Source: Nitrospinales bacterium
GTDB taxonomy: Bacteria; Nitrospinota; Nitrospinia; Nitrospinales; VA-1
Direction: 5' to 3'
Length of the DNA stretch: 64,000 nt
NCBI GenBank assembly: GCA_965223795.1
Contig: CBDCXL010000002.1
Location: forward strand, 32,001 to 96,000
The notes beneath the pieces were generated by a model that was not told where the DNA came from, did not search any database, and saw only the letters and a program-made list of their open reading frames with translations. Numbering within the stretch: the first letter of the stretch is position 1; each line of letters starts with the position of its first letter. Shown here in pieces: positions 19,782-29,813 of this stretch. The translations under genes and the position numbers were made by a program.

Positions 19782-20558
19782 TCAGTTGATCCGGTAATCG
19801 ACAAACCGGAAGATGAAGGATTGCAGGGTCCGTTCATCCTGCTTGACGGTCTGCACCAGCTTGCGCACCAGCCAGAAGTCGCCCACCTGCTGGTAGGTGA
19901 ACTCGCTGATTTCCGTGTATTCCAGCTCGCCCATCGTGAACTGCGCGCGGCTTTCGGCGAGCAGCCATTTGCCTTCGCGGTCGGTGTAGCTCAGGCGGCT
20001 TTTGACTTCGCCGGGGGCGTTTCTCTGGGTGATGCGCAGTTTGGGAATGGAAAGCTGCTCAAGATCCACCAGCATTTCGTATTTCTGCACCGCGTCACCG
20101 GGGGAAGGCGCGCGGAACACCATGAGCATGTTGCCGCCGCGTACTTTTTTCAGGTTTCCCTCAAACTCGGAAACCTTTTCACCGAGGGTCCTGGGCACGA
20201 TCAGCTCCTTGTAGTGCTCGAGCATGTTCATCACTTCGCGCCGCCGTTGAAAGGACATTTCGGAATCGCCGTCGAGCTCCATCCGGCGCAGGACACCGTC
20301 ATCGATGCGTTCGTAGGTGAATCGCGCGGAAGGGTTTTTCAGGTAGCGCCCGTTTCCGGTCACGGTGTCGAGCTGCTCCCAGTCCACGCGCACCGTCAGC
20401 TTGTTCAGGCCCTGCCGCTGGGGGTAGTAATACCGCCCATCCAGGGTGGCAATCAGCTCTTCCGGGCTTTTGACCTCGACGGCGGCATAGACGCTGGCGT
20501 GCAGCAGCAGCCCCGCGAGAGCCAGCAGGACCGGCCGTGATTTACGATGCACCCGCAT
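19782..20558 (-). CDS. Secreted beta-rich hypothetical protein
   Basis: Signal peptide ending VYA; alternating beta-strand patterns. Confidence 0.75.
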   Translation of the reverse strand: MRVHRKSRPVLLALAGLLLHASVYAAVEVKSPEELIATLDGRYYYPQRQGLNKLTVRVDWEQLDTVTGNGRYLKNPSARFTYERIDDGVLRRMELDGDSEMSFQRRREVMNMLEHYKELIVPRTLGEKVSEFEGNLKKVRGGNMLMVFRAPSPGDAVQKYEMLVDLEQLSIPKLRITQRNAPGEVKSRLSYTDREGKWLLAESRAQFTMGELEYTEISEFTYQQVGDFWLVRKLVQTVKQDERTLQSFIFRFVDYRIN

Positions 20559-20570
20559 GACGTTTCATCC

Positions 20571-21116
20571 TCATTGTTTCAGGGACTGCATCACCTGAAT
20601 GGAATCCGGGCTGTCCCAGACCCTTGCGCCGGAAGCGAAGCCCTTCAGCTTGCCCTCGCCGTCGATCAGGTAGGTGGTGGGCAGCCCCATGATGTAATAG
20701 TTCTTCCGCACCTTCTGGTCCGGGTCGAGCAGGATGGGAAAGGTCAGGTTGTATTGATCCACGTACTTGCGGATGCGGTCGAAGTTGCTGCGGTCGATGG
20801 AGATGGCCACCACTTCGACGCCCTGATCCTTCATGGTTTCGTACAACCGCTGCATGGAAGGCAGTTCCTCCTTGCAGGCCTCGCACCAGGTGGCCCAGAA
20901 GTTCAGCAGGATGGGCTTGCCGCGAAAATCCCGCAGATCCACGGTGTTGCCGTGGATGTCCTGCAGGGAAAACCCGGGTGCGTTTCGCTCCACCCGGGGT
21001 TTCACGATGCCCATGTTCTCGAAGGTGTCCTGCGCCGCCCACACGGAAACGGCGGTGAACCCGATCACGCACAGTGCCGCCAGCCAGAAACCGGACAATC
21101 GAAAACGGTTTTTCAT
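20571..21116 (-). CDS. TlpA/ResA-like periplasmic thioredoxin
   Basis: LLNFWATWCEACKEELP, GLPTTYLID; GGAGG RBS before MKNRF. Confidence 0.92.
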   Translation of the reverse strand: MKNRFRLSGFWLAALCVIGFTAVSVWAAQDTFENMGIVKPRVERNAPGFSLQDIHGNTVDLRDFRGKPILLNFWATWCEACKEELPSMQRLYETMKDQGVEVVAISIDRSNFDRIRKYVDQYNLTFPILLDPDQKVRKNYYIMGLPTTYLIDGEGKLKGFASGARVWDSPDSIQVMQSLKQ

Positions 21117-21127
21117 ATTTAAACCTC

Positions 21128-21397
21128 CTATCGGGCGTTGCGATGCAGGTACGCCCGGATGGTTGATTTGTCTTCGGAAGAAAAGGCGATGTCCTTCTCC
21201 TGCATGATGCTTTCCATCCAGACCAGGATGCCGTCCCATTCTTCCTTGCTGTGCCGTCCCGGGTGCGGCCAGGAATGGCACTGGGTGCACTGCTTCATGT
21301 ACACCGCCTGATCGGCGGTGCCTTCCTCCGGAAGGCCCGCGCAACCTGTGAGGCATACCATCAGCATAACGCAGAAAATCGAGCCGAATGTTCGCAT
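21128..21397 (-). CDS. Small monoheme cytochrome c lipoprotein
   Basis: Lipobox LTGC, CTQCH, downstream W...M. Confidence 0.8.
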   Translation of the reverse strand: MRTFGSIFCVMLMVCLTGCAGLPEEGTADQAVYMKQCTQCHSWPHPGRHSKEEWDGILVWMESIMQEKDIAFSSEDKSTIRAYLHRNAR

Positions 21398-21410
21398 TTT
21401 TTCACCTCGA

Positions 21411-22568
21411 TCAAAAGCCCAGTTGTTCAGGCGGTTTGAACCCGGTGTAGCGGCGGCTCTTCTTGGTCGGCACCTCGATGTAGTAGGTGAACTGGATCAT
21501 CCAGTCGTCCCTCAACTGAGGACCGGCCAGGTCGTTGTGAATCGGCAGCGTGGCCACCAGTTCCATGATGTGCAGCGGTATCGGCTGGAACTGGAAACCG
21601 AAGGTCACGCCGATGCGGTGGCCGCCGTAATTCTGCGGATCGAACAGCGGGCTCAGAAAACCGTTGTTGGGGTTGAATCCGGCGTGGCCCTCGCCGTTCA
21701 CGCGCTGGTTGAACGGCTCGTCGCTGTACTGGCCTTCGGCCCAGCCCTGCAGCTCGGCGAGCAGCACCACCTTGGGGTGGATCTGCCGCATGACGTAAAA
21801 GTCATACTGAAACTCCTGGCCGCGGTGGTAGCCCTGGTCGTTGTCGTACAGGTGGGCTTCCAGTTTCAGGTTCATGCCGTACCACCAGGGGTCCTTGGAA
21901 CCCTGATAGGTCAGTCCGATGATCGGATCGACGGTGCCGCTGCCGGTCTGCATGCGAAACGGCAGGATCGTGCCGTTCTGGCCGGGGACCGGGTTGCGGC
22001 TGAACTTCTTGTCGATCGAGCCGGTGGGCAGGGATAGGCCGAACAGCATGGACAACTGGTTCGTGGGAGCCAGGTCGTCGTTGGCGTACAGCCGGTATTT
22101 GCCCAGCAGGGTGAGGTCGCTGATGCCGTCGGAGAACATGGTGAAGCCCTTCTGCCCGGTGGACGCCTGCAGGGGCTGGTTGAACTCCATGTCCATCTCG
22201 TTGCGGATGTAGCTCAGCATCATCATGCCGGCGAAATTGTCGGTGAACGAGTACGCGACCGAACCCATCGTCATGTAGGTGCGCATGCGCTCGGGCGCGA
22301 CGGCGAAGGTGGTGCCGTTGGGCGGACCGAGCAGATCGGCGTTGAGCAGATCGTCGGTGCCGTCGCGCAGCGGACCCATCTGCATGAACATCTGGCTGAG
22401 CTTGAAGCGGAATTCGTGCGTTTCCGGAATTCCGCCGCCGGGGATGTTCATCGGCATGTTGCCGCCGCAGTGGGCGCAGCACAGCCCGACGTAAGCCTGG
22501 GCCAATGGAGCGAACAGCAACACGAACAGCCCGCTCAAGAATACGGAAAATGATTTCTTGTGTGCCAT
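21411..22568 (-). CDS. Putative outer-membrane beta-barrel transporter with Cys/Met-rich N-terminus
   Basis: Signal peptide, CCAHCGGNMPM, DGISDL, GLSLPTG, MQTGSGTVD, terminal Phe. Confidence 0.7.
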   Translation of the reverse strand: MAHKKSFSVFLSGLFVLLFAPLAQAYVGLCCAHCGGNMPMNIPGGGIPETHEFRFKLSQMFMQMGPLRDGTDDLLNADLLGPPNGTTFAVAPERMRTYMTMGSVAYSFTDNFAGMMMLSYIRNEMDMEFNQPLQASTGQKGFTMFSDGISDLTLLGKYRLYANDDLAPTNQLSMLFGLSLPTGSIDKKFSRNPVPGQNGTILPFRMQTGSGTVDPIIGLTYQGSKDPWWYGMNLKLEAHLYDNDQGYHRGQEFQYDFYVMRQIHPKVVLLAELQGWAEGQYSDEPFNQRVNGEGHAGFNPNNGFLSPLFDPQNYGGHRIGVTFGFQFQPIPLHIMELVATLPIHNDLAGPQLRDDWMIQFTYYIEVPTKKSRRYTGFKPPEQLGF

Positions 22569-22735
22569 GATTCCTTCCTCGAAATGTGTGCGCACCTCTC
22601 TTTCCTGAGAGGTGTGGTGCAAAGGGGCGAAAGAAGTGCTCACGCTGATCCTAAAAAGGATCTGCGCGAAATTCGAGTTCACTCAAACCCGCAAGCACGG
22701 GCCTGGATGACTCGCTGGAACAATAGGAAGTTGAA

Positions 22736-23164
22736 TCAGAGGGATCGGGGAGGAGGATCGCTGGGATCGTAATGCGGTTCCGGCAACATCCGGGAGGCAA
22801 TCACGATGCGGCCGGAAAGCGGAAAACCAGGGGCGGCCTGGGTGTCCTGGGAGGCGGACAGGTCCTTGCCCGCTGGGAAACCTGTGGCAACCGGGGACGC
22901 GGGGTCCGACCCGCAGGGTTTGCCTATCTGAGCTTGTTTCTTATTGGGGGAATCCGCCGTGTGCGGGCAGTGGTTGGTCCGGTGTCCTTTTAAAGCACAG
23001 TGGATCGAGCGGCTTTCAGAATCCGCTTTTGCGGGCGTGTCGAACGGCGACACCGCGGCTTGTTCCACCGCACCGTGATGGTGGTGCGGAGATGCCCAAA
23101 CAGGCGCTGCCGTAAAAAGCAGGCCGCCTAAAAACAGGGATGTCAAAATCAACAGGGTTCGCAT
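22736..23164 (-). CDS. Secreted His/Cys-rich protein with Pro-rich C-terminus (CutF/CruR-like leader)
   Basis: Signal peptide, HHHH, HCALKGH..HCPH, C-terminal PEPHYDPSDPPPRSL. Confidence 0.65.
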   Translation of the reverse strand: MRTLLILTSLFLGGLLFTAAPVWASPHHHHGAVEQAAVSPFDTPAKADSESRSIHCALKGHRTNHCPHTADSPNKKQAQIGKPCGSDPASPVATGFPAGKDLSASQDTQAAPGFPLSGRIVIASRMLPEPHYDPSDPPPRSL

Positions 23165-23471
23165 CGTTCGGTGGTGCAGAGGGCTGCCCAAAGGAAACCC
23201 GCCGCCGTCCCTTTTTCATCTCCCGGCGTCCGGCAACGCCTGGAAAATAAAGACTGTAAATCCAGTTGGATGGACTTTATCCAGATTATAGTTGCGGCGT
23301 TTTGGGGTGTCAAGCGTTTCCGGGTGCCTTTGCCGGCGCTTTTGTGCCGGAACCGGCGCTGTTTTTTCTTTGCACGGAACGCATTGAAAAGAAAATTTTA
23401 CCGGTCGGAACCGTGCCGCCCCACAGCGGAAACGGTTGTTCTGAATTCACCCTTTTGTTATTCTTCCGCTT

Positions 23472-24221
23472 ATGTCGAAGCCGGAGACCCGCCCGCAACT
23501 GCTGCGGGAACTGAAAAACTATCTGCTTTTCCTGAAAGAATGCGGGTACACCGAAGTCCCGTACGAAAGGGCCCTTTCCCTGTCACCGCCGGCGCCGCGT
23601 TCGAAACCTGTCCCCCCCCAACCCGATGCCATGACACCACCTCAAATGATGAAAAGCAAAACCGACCTCCTGTCCGATATCCGCGCCGAGCTGGGCGACT
23701 GCACGCGCTGCAAGCTGTGCGAAGGGCGCAACAAGATCGTGTTCGGCTCCGGCAACCCGGAGGCGTCGCTGGTGTTCGTCGGCGAAGGGCCGGGAGCGGA
23801 CGAGGACGCGCAGGGACTGCCGTTCGTCGGCCGGGCGGGCAAGAAGCTGACGGAGATCATCGAGAAGGGCATGCAGCTCAACCGCGAGCGGGACACCTAC
23901 ATCTGCAACATCGTCAAATGCCGTCCCCCGGGCAACCGCGACCCGGAACGCGACGAGGTGGAGGCCTGCAAGCCGTTTCTGATCAAGCAGCTCCAGGCGA
24001 TCCGGCCGAAAGCCATCGTGGCTCTCGGCAAACCGGCGGCGACGACGCTTTTAGGGCGCGCGGTGGCCATCACCAAGGAACGGGGCACCTGGCATGAGTA
24101 CGAAGGCATCCCGCTGATGCTGACGTTTCATCCGGCCTACCTGCTGCGGTTTTACACGGTGGAAAACCGGCGCGCGGTGATGGACGACATGAACAAAGTG
24201 CTGGAACGTTTGCGGGAGTGA
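23472..24221 (+). CDS. Uracil-DNA glycosylase family 4
   Basis: CTRCKL, VGEGPG.DED..G.PFVG, NIVKCRPP.NR, TFHPAYLLR. Confidence 0.93.
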   Translation: MSKPETRPQLLRELKNYLLFLKECGYTEVPYERALSLSPPAPRSKPVPPQPDAMTPPQMMKSKTDLLSDIRAELGDCTRCKLCEGRNKIVFGSGNPEASLVFVGEGPGADEDAQGLPFVGRAGKKLTEIIEKGMQLNRERDTYICNIVKCRPPGNRDPERDEVEACKPFLIKQLQAIRPKAIVALGKPAATTLLGRAVAITKERGTWHEYEGIPLMLTFHPAYLLRFYTVENRRAVMDDMNKVLERLRE

Positions 24222-24394
24222 ATTGGCTTGCCCTCACGTTAATGTGAAGTTCAATACACCGGGCTTGGGAAAACACCTTTTAAAACGCCTGCGGGAGTGA
24301 AGCGGCACACGCCCTTCCCTATAAAAAAAATCAAACCGCAGGGCACGATGAAGCACGTTCTGAAACGCTTGTACGAATGGGAAAGGATGGTTCG

Positions 24395-24946
24395 ATGGCT
24401 GAGGCAAGAATCCGCATCGGCGTGATCGGTTCGGGCAAGGACCCGCTCACGCATCTCAGCGAGCCGCTCGGCCGCTGGATCGCGATGAACGGGTTCGACC
24501 TGGTCAACGGCGGCGGACAGGGCGTGATGGCGGCGACGGCGTTCGCGTTTCGCCAGGTCGAGGACCGCAGGGGCCTTTCGATCGGCATCCTGCCGGCGCA
24601 GAATTTCTGCGACCACGGCGACGCCCGCGCGGGCTATCAGACGCCGCACGGCTACCCGAACGATCACATCGACCTGCCCATCCGCACCCACCTGCCGCTT
24701 TCGGGCTCGCTCGGCAAGGACACGGCCAGCCGCAACCACATCATCGTGCTGACGGCGGACTGCCTCGTGGCACTGCCGGGCACCGAGGGCACGCGCACGG
24801 AGATCGAACTGGCGCTCGATTACGGGAAACCCCTCACAGCGGTCAGCCCGGAAGGGGAATGGGACCGCTACGCCTCGCGCGCCAAGGTCGTGCCGAATCT
24901 GGAAGACGCGCTGGAATGGGTCGGGCAGACCGTGGCAGGATTTTAA
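24395..24946 (+). CDS. LOG/SLOG-family Rossmann-fold nucleotide-binding protein
   Basis: IGVIGSG, GGGQGVM, SRNHI, LPGTEGT.TE. Confidence 0.8.
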   Translation: MAEARIRIGVIGSGKDPLTHLSEPLGRWIAMNGFDLVNGGGQGVMAATAFAFRQVEDRRGLSIGILPAQNFCDHGDARAGYQTPHGYPNDHIDLPIRTHLPLSGSLGKDTASRNHIIVLTADCLVALPGTEGTRTEIELALDYGKPLTAVSPEGEWDRYASRAKVVPNLEDALEWVGQTVAGF

Positions 24947-25044
24947 AGAGAAGGATTGGGCGGACTGCTTCGCACGGAACCCGCAATATCATTTCCCGGC
25001 CATCCAACGATTCCTGAATCCCGCAAATTAGCGAAAGGTTTGCA

Positions 25045-25077
25045 AGGGAAAGGGGAGAAACGCGTTCCCCTTTCCCT
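25045..25077. terminator. Hairpin between convergent genes
   Basis: AGGGAAAGGGGA...TCCCCTTTCCCT, 12-bp stem. Confidence 0.55.
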
Positions 25078-25124
25078 GTGCGTCAGCGGGTCATACCGTG
25101 CCGGGCCTCCGTTGCTCCCTGCCT

Positions 25125-26252
25125 TCAGTCCCTATCTCTGCCATATCCGCGGCGAGGATGGCGCGGGTGGTCTTCATTCACGCTCAATTGTCTTGATGGA
25201 ACGCAGAGCTGCTCGGGCCTTCTGAGCTTGAATGTCTGCTCGCCAAACTGGTTGTCGATCGTCACTTCCAGCCTCTTGTTTCTACTGGAGTACACACGGT
25301 AGCAGGTCAATGCGTTGTCCGCATTGATGATGCCTTCCCCGTTCTTGTCCACGGGAACGCAATAGGATTCCGCCCTCCAGTTTACCCTCACATTCTCACT
25401 GTCGCCGAACTGATCTTCCAGACTCACCACAGGGCGGGGATCCAGTTTTGTGGCATTGTTCACGTCATAGCACTGGAAATGGTCGATTGGCGGTCCCACG
25501 GGTTCGGCATCTCCGACCAGGATCTGAATTTCAACCCTCGCGACGATGTCTCCATCCAGATTCCTCGCCAGCAGATAAATGATGTAGTTGCCGTCCACCG
25601 TAGGATCGAACCCGCTGAAAGGAGAACCATTATCGAAAAATTCATAGTTCCATGAATTCTGGGCGACGTTGTTGTTTTCCAGCAGGGTCAAATAGCCCGC
25701 CGCGTCCCCGGCGGATGTCCCGGCACCGTTTGCGGTGGTGTTGTCTCCAATGGCGTGATCGTAAAAAGGAACCTCGGGCGGACTGGGTGTGATGTTGTCG
25801 AATATGAGGAAGTTTGTCCCTGGACCGGGATCGAAATCCAGTCCCATCTCGTAGGTGAAATCGATGAGTTTCATGCCGGAGGATCCGTCGAAATCCGTGT
25901 TCACGGACCATTCGAAACTCCATTCCGGCGTGTTGTTGGGTGGCATGTCGAAGCCGAATCCCGTGACATTTCCGGGGTTGAAATTGTAGGTTCCGTTGCT
26001 GTTGCTGTTGAAGGTGTTTTCCGGCAGGTTTAAAGCATTGAACCTGAGCTTGCCGCGCAGCCCGATTTCGATGCCATTCCGGCGGTCGGTTGTGAAACTT
26101 CCGTTCAGGTTCCCGCTACCAAAGATGATATCCGGAGTGACGTCCTGATCGTACTGGACGACAGCCCATGCGCCGGTGGTTCCCCAAACTGTAAATACAA
26201 AAACAGCGGCTGCCGCAAGCTGAACTGCTTTCAGATTTCCAGACGGTTTCAT
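25125..26252 (-). CDS. Secreted two-domain hypothetical protein
   Basis: Signal peptide, Asn/Asp-rich beta domain, C-terminal internally repeated CY...DQFG...CVP module. Confidence 0.75.
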   Translation of the reverse strand: MKPSGNLKAVQLAAAAVFVFTVWGTTGAWAVVQYDQDVTPDIIFGSGNLNGSFTTDRRNGIEIGLRGKLRFNALNLPENTFNSNSNGTYNFNPGNVTGFGFDMPPNNTPEWSFEWSVNTDFDGSSGMKLIDFTYEMGLDFDPGPGTNFLIFDNITPSPPEVPFYDHAIGDNTTANGAGTSAGDAAGYLTLLENNNVAQNSWNYEFFDNGSPFSGFDPTVDGNYIIYLLARNLDGDIVARVEIQILVGDAEPVGPPIDHFQCYDVNNATKLDPRPVVSLEDQFGDSENVRVNWRAESYCVPVDKNGEGIINADNALTCYRVYSSRNKRLEVTIDNQFGEQTFKLRRPEQLCVPSRQLSVNEDHPRHPRRGYGRDRD

Positions 26253-26582
26253 TTGAATTCTCTCCTCGCTTTAAATTTGCAATTCCGTGGAATTCAGGCG
26301 GTGCAGACTTCACAGTGTCCGGGTGTTCAAAAGAATTCAGAGATACAGACAATCTGGGGGGAAATTCAGTTGTCACTTCTTCTTAACGGCAGGAAATTCT
26401 CAAGATAAATGAGACAATCCACTTTATCCGGTGGAAATTAAAAACTATTTTTATCTGAGGCAGGCTGCTTTCAATTCCAGGCAGTGTGGTTTGCGGTATC
26501 GGCACATATCAATGCGCAGGGAAAATAATTTTCGTAGGGGGGGTGATCCGGGCTCCATCTGCCAGCCGGGCAGTGCGTGTTT

Positions 26583-27344
26583 TCAGCGTTTGAGGATGCT
26601 CTGCGAAAAGTATTTGCGGGGGATGTCCACGTCGAACTCGATCTCGTCGAACACGTAGGTGGTTTTGGTGTTTTCCTTGAGCATGTCGCGGAAGACCATG
26701 CGCCGGGGAAACAGCCGCTCCCCGAGCGGCCGGTAGTCGAGAAACTCCACCTTCTTGAGCAACTTCCCACCCTTGGCGTACATCTCTTCGCTGTTCACGA
26801 TCTCTTTCACCGGGTCGACCCAGAGCCTGCGGGTCTGGTAGGTGGTGGTCTTGTCGTGCGCGGTCAGAAACAAAACGCAGCAGTCCGGCGCGTTGCGGTC
26901 GCCTTCCAGCTTCGCTTCGTAGGCGGTGCTGAGCTTTTTGTCCTCCATCATGTCCTCGTAGGAGAGGTCGCTGCCCATCATCGACTGGCGCAGCATGTGG
27001 CCGGCGATGAGGATTTTGCGGTCGGTGCGCGGCGTGTACATCCACAGCTTGTCCTCGATCTTGAGCATCTTGGTGCCCTTCTCGCGCGGCGGCGACTTGT
27101 AGTCGGTGAAGGAACGCTCGACGCCCTGCATCCAGGCCTCCCAGGTGAGCACCCGCTCCTTGCGGCCGTTGTCGATGATGAGCTTGCCCTCGATGTGCTT
27201 GGTGTTCGCCCACAGGTTGTCGTCGATGCGTTTGAGCAGCCGCTGGGCTTCGCTTTCCTCCGCGTTGAGGGGAACGGACCCAAAAAGCATCGCGGCCGCA
27301 AGCGCCAGCAATCCGAGAACACACTGTCTGATTGAATTCGTCAT
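26583..27344 (-). CDS. LolA-like outer-membrane lipoprotein-sorting protein
   Basis: P.REKGTKMLK..D.LWMY.P, QSMMGSDLSYED, KLLK, F....L. Confidence 0.88.
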   Translation of the reverse strand: MTNSIRQCVLGLLALAAAMLFGSVPLNAEESEAQRLLKRIDDNLWANTKHIEGKLIIDNGRKERVLTWEAWMQGVERSFTDYKSPPREKGTKMLKIEDKLWMYTPRTDRKILIAGHMLRQSMMGSDLSYEDMMEDKKLSTAYEAKLEGDRNAPDCCVLFLTAHDKTTTYQTRRLWVDPVKEIVNSEEMYAKGGKLLKKVEFLDYRPLGERLFPRRMVFRDMLKENTKTTYVFDEIEFDVDIPRKYFSQSILKR

Positions 27345-27345
27345 G

Positions 27346-28647
27346 TCATCCGGCCTCCAGTTCCCGGAACAGCCCGGCTTCCGAGCGTTTGAACAATCCG
27401 ATGGTGGCGAAAAAACTGCCCAGCACGCTGGCCGACAATCCGGGGATCACGCCGAGGACGAACGCCTCGACGCTCATGCGGCCGCGCGCCACGTCGCTCA
27501 GCATCAGGCCCGTCTGGGCAAAGGCATCGCCCATGTCGATACCCACTTCCTGCAGGTAGTACACGATGCCACCGCCGAGAATGCAGCCGGCGATGGAACC
27601 GAGAATGCCGATCATCAGCGCTTCGAGTCCCAGCATCGCCACCAGCTTCCAGTGGGTCTGCCCCATCGCCAGCCACAGCCCCAGTTCGCCGTAACGGTGG
27701 ATGACGTTGAGCACGCCGGCGTTCCACAGAACGAGCGCCATGAGCAGGATGAAAATGCCCACCAGAATTTTTTTGATCACCTCGAACACGTTGGCGAGGC
27801 TCTGCAGATTGCGCTGATCCAATACAGACAGAACGATGGGCTCGTCGTCGTTCGCCCAGTCCTTTGGCGGGTCGGCGAGCAGCGGCGGCATGCGCGCCTC
27901 GATGTCCTGCTTCAGCCGGGCATAGTCTTTGTAGCGCACGCTGCCGGGCAGGTAGCCGAGCCAGTCGGTGACCATGTCCTCCATGTAAAAGGACTCCTGC
28001 GCGTCGGCGAGATCGATCAGCGCCATTTTCTTGTCCATCGCGAACACACCGAACTTGATGGTGCCGACGACGGTGTAATTGTCCGCGGCAAGGCCGCCGT
28101 CGAAGCTCTGGCCGAGCAGCGTGGCCTGATCGCCCGGCCGGACTTCCAGGTCCCTGGCAAGCTCGTAGCCGACCAGCATTTCCCTGGGATTTTTCGGCAG
28201 CCTTCCCTCCAGCAGCACATTTTGCAGATCCAACCGTTCTTTTTCCGGTGATTCGGGCGACAGCAGGTCCAGCGCCATGCCGGTGACGGGCGTCTGGCTG
28301 CGGGTTTCCCCCTTCTCGTCGGGGATGTCCATGATGGCGCCCCAGCGGATGCGCGGCGACCACTGGATTCTGGGATCGCTGTTCTCCTTCAGCCAGGCGC
28401 CGGTCTGCTTCTGCCCGGCCAGGGCGCGGTCCATCGGGTTTAAAAACTCCTCTTCATAAAACGGCTTGTTGACGAAACGCAGGTGGCCGGTGTCGAGGTT
28501 GGCGGTCATGTCCAGCATGTCCGCGAAATTGCCGTCGATGAAGCCGAGAAAGAACACGACGAGCGTGACGCCGACGGTGACCACGGAAAACGGGAACACG
28601 GAGCGGGTCTTGTCGCGCAGGATGCCGGTGAGAATCCAGCGGATCAC
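27346..28647 (-). CDS. ABC transporter permease (FtsX/MacB/LolE-like)
   Basis: TM-periplasmic-TM layout, RYGELGLWLAMG; GTG start overlapping the upstream stop. Confidence 0.85.
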   Translation of the reverse strand: MIRWILTGILRDKTRSVFPFSVVTVGVTLVVFFLGFIDGNFADMLDMTANLDTGHLRFVNKPFYEEEFLNPMDRALAGQKQTGAWLKENSDPRIQWSPRIRWGAIMDIPDEKGETRSQTPVTGMALDLLSPESPEKERLDLQNVLLEGRLPKNPREMLVGYELARDLEVRPGDQATLLGQSFDGGLAADNYTVVGTIKFGVFAMDKKMALIDLADAQESFYMEDMVTDWLGYLPGSVRYKDYARLKQDIEARMPPLLADPPKDWANDDEPIVLSVLDQRNLQSLANVFEVIKKILVGIFILLMALVLWNAGVLNVIHRYGELGLWLAMGQTHWKLVAMLGLEALMIGILGSIAGCILGGGIVYYLQEVGIDMGDAFAQTGLMLSDVARGRMSVEAFVLGVIPGLSASVLGSFFATIGLFKRSEAGLFRELEAG

Positions 28648-29813
28648 GTGATCCCCCTTCCGCGCAGCGCCAGCGTCGGGTCGAGCCGGGAAATCTTGCG
28701 TACGGGCAGCCAGGAGATCACCACCATGATGGCGACGATGATCACCGCCGTCATGATCACCTGCCAGGGCACGATGTCGAGGTACACCCGCTCGCGCACG
28801 GGGATGCTGGATTCGGCCAGGTGCGACACGTCCAGCCCGACGGTCTGGAACCAGCCGAGGAACAGCGTGCCCAGAACGGCGGCGGCCAGCACGGACACGA
28901 ACGCGGACAGGCTGCCCTCCAGGGTGAACAGCCGCACGACCTGGCCCGGCGTCATGCCGAGCGCCATGAAGGTGCCGATCTCTTTCTGCCGCTTGAAGAC
29001 GTTGGAGATCTGCGAATTGAACACGCTGATGCCCGCCAGAAAAATGAGGATGGCCCAGGTGATGCGGGCGTATTTCTTGTCCTGCTCCAGGAGGTAGAGC
29101 AGGTCGAACATCAGATCCTCGACGCTGAGGTACTCGAAACCGGCGAAATCTTCTTTTTGCCCGTCCACGGCGACCCAGGTCACTTCGTCGAAACGCTGGG
29201 TCATCTGCCGCAGGTGATCGAGCCTCAGCCAGATCACGCCCTCGTCCACGCGGGCGTTGATGATGCGCGCCACATCGACGATCAGCGCGTCGCGCGCATC
29301 GACGACGCCGTTCTTGTCGCGCCATTTGAGCACGACGGTGTCGTCTTTCTTGAGGTGCGCCTTTCTCGCCATGGCGGTTCCGAGCACCACGGGAATGCGG
29401 TCGCCAATTTCATCCGGCCAGGATTCCAGCCCCGAAAGCGGCACTTCCAGAAGCTTCTGCCCTTTCTCGATGCCGCGCAACTGCACGGGATACAGCCTGC
29501 GGTTGGGAAAGATCTGCCCCTGCAGGATCAGCACTTCCGCCTTCTGGTCCGGCGGCAGCCGTTTCAGCGGCTCGGGAACCGGCAGCGTGTGGTCCTCCCA
29601 TTCGGTCGGCGTCAGCAGATCGAATCCGGGCACGCGGTAGTGGCCGCCGGCCACGTCCACGCGCACCATGTTGCGCGTCGCCTGGGCCTGAAAGCCGTTG
29701 TACATGGACACGTTGAACACCACGGTCACCATGGCGATGGCGGTCACCAGCACGTTGAGGATGGAGCGCACGCCCTGGCCGCAGAAATTTTTCCAGGCGA
29801 TCTTCAGGATCAT
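28644..29813 (-). CDS. ABC transporter permease (FtsX/MacB/LolE-like)
   Basis: KIAWKN, RQKEIGTFMALG, P.RKISRLDP..ALR; ATGA coupling. Confidence 0.88.
   Translation of the reverse strand: MILKIAWKNFCGQGVRSILNVLVTAIAMVTVVFNVSMYNGFQAQATRNMVRVDVAGGHYRVPGFDLLTPTEWEDHTLPVPEPLKRLPPDQKAEVLILQGQIFPNRRLYPVQLRGIEKGQKLLEVPLSGLESWPDEIGDRIPVVLGTAMARKAHLKKDDTVVLKWRDKNGVVDARDALIVDVARIINARVDEGVIWLRLDHLRQMTQRFDEVTWVAVDGQKEDFAGFEYLSVEDLMFDLLYLLEQDKKYARITWAILIFLAGISVFNSQISNVFKRQKEIGTFMALGMTPGQVVRLFTLEGSLSAFVSVLAAAVLGTLFLGWFQTVGLDVSHLAESSIPVRERVYLDIVPWQVIMTAVIIVAIMVVISWLPVRKISRLDPTLALRGRGIT

Noticed and set aside
21411..22568. CCAHC as a heme c attachment site
   Set aside because: Does not fit CxxCH
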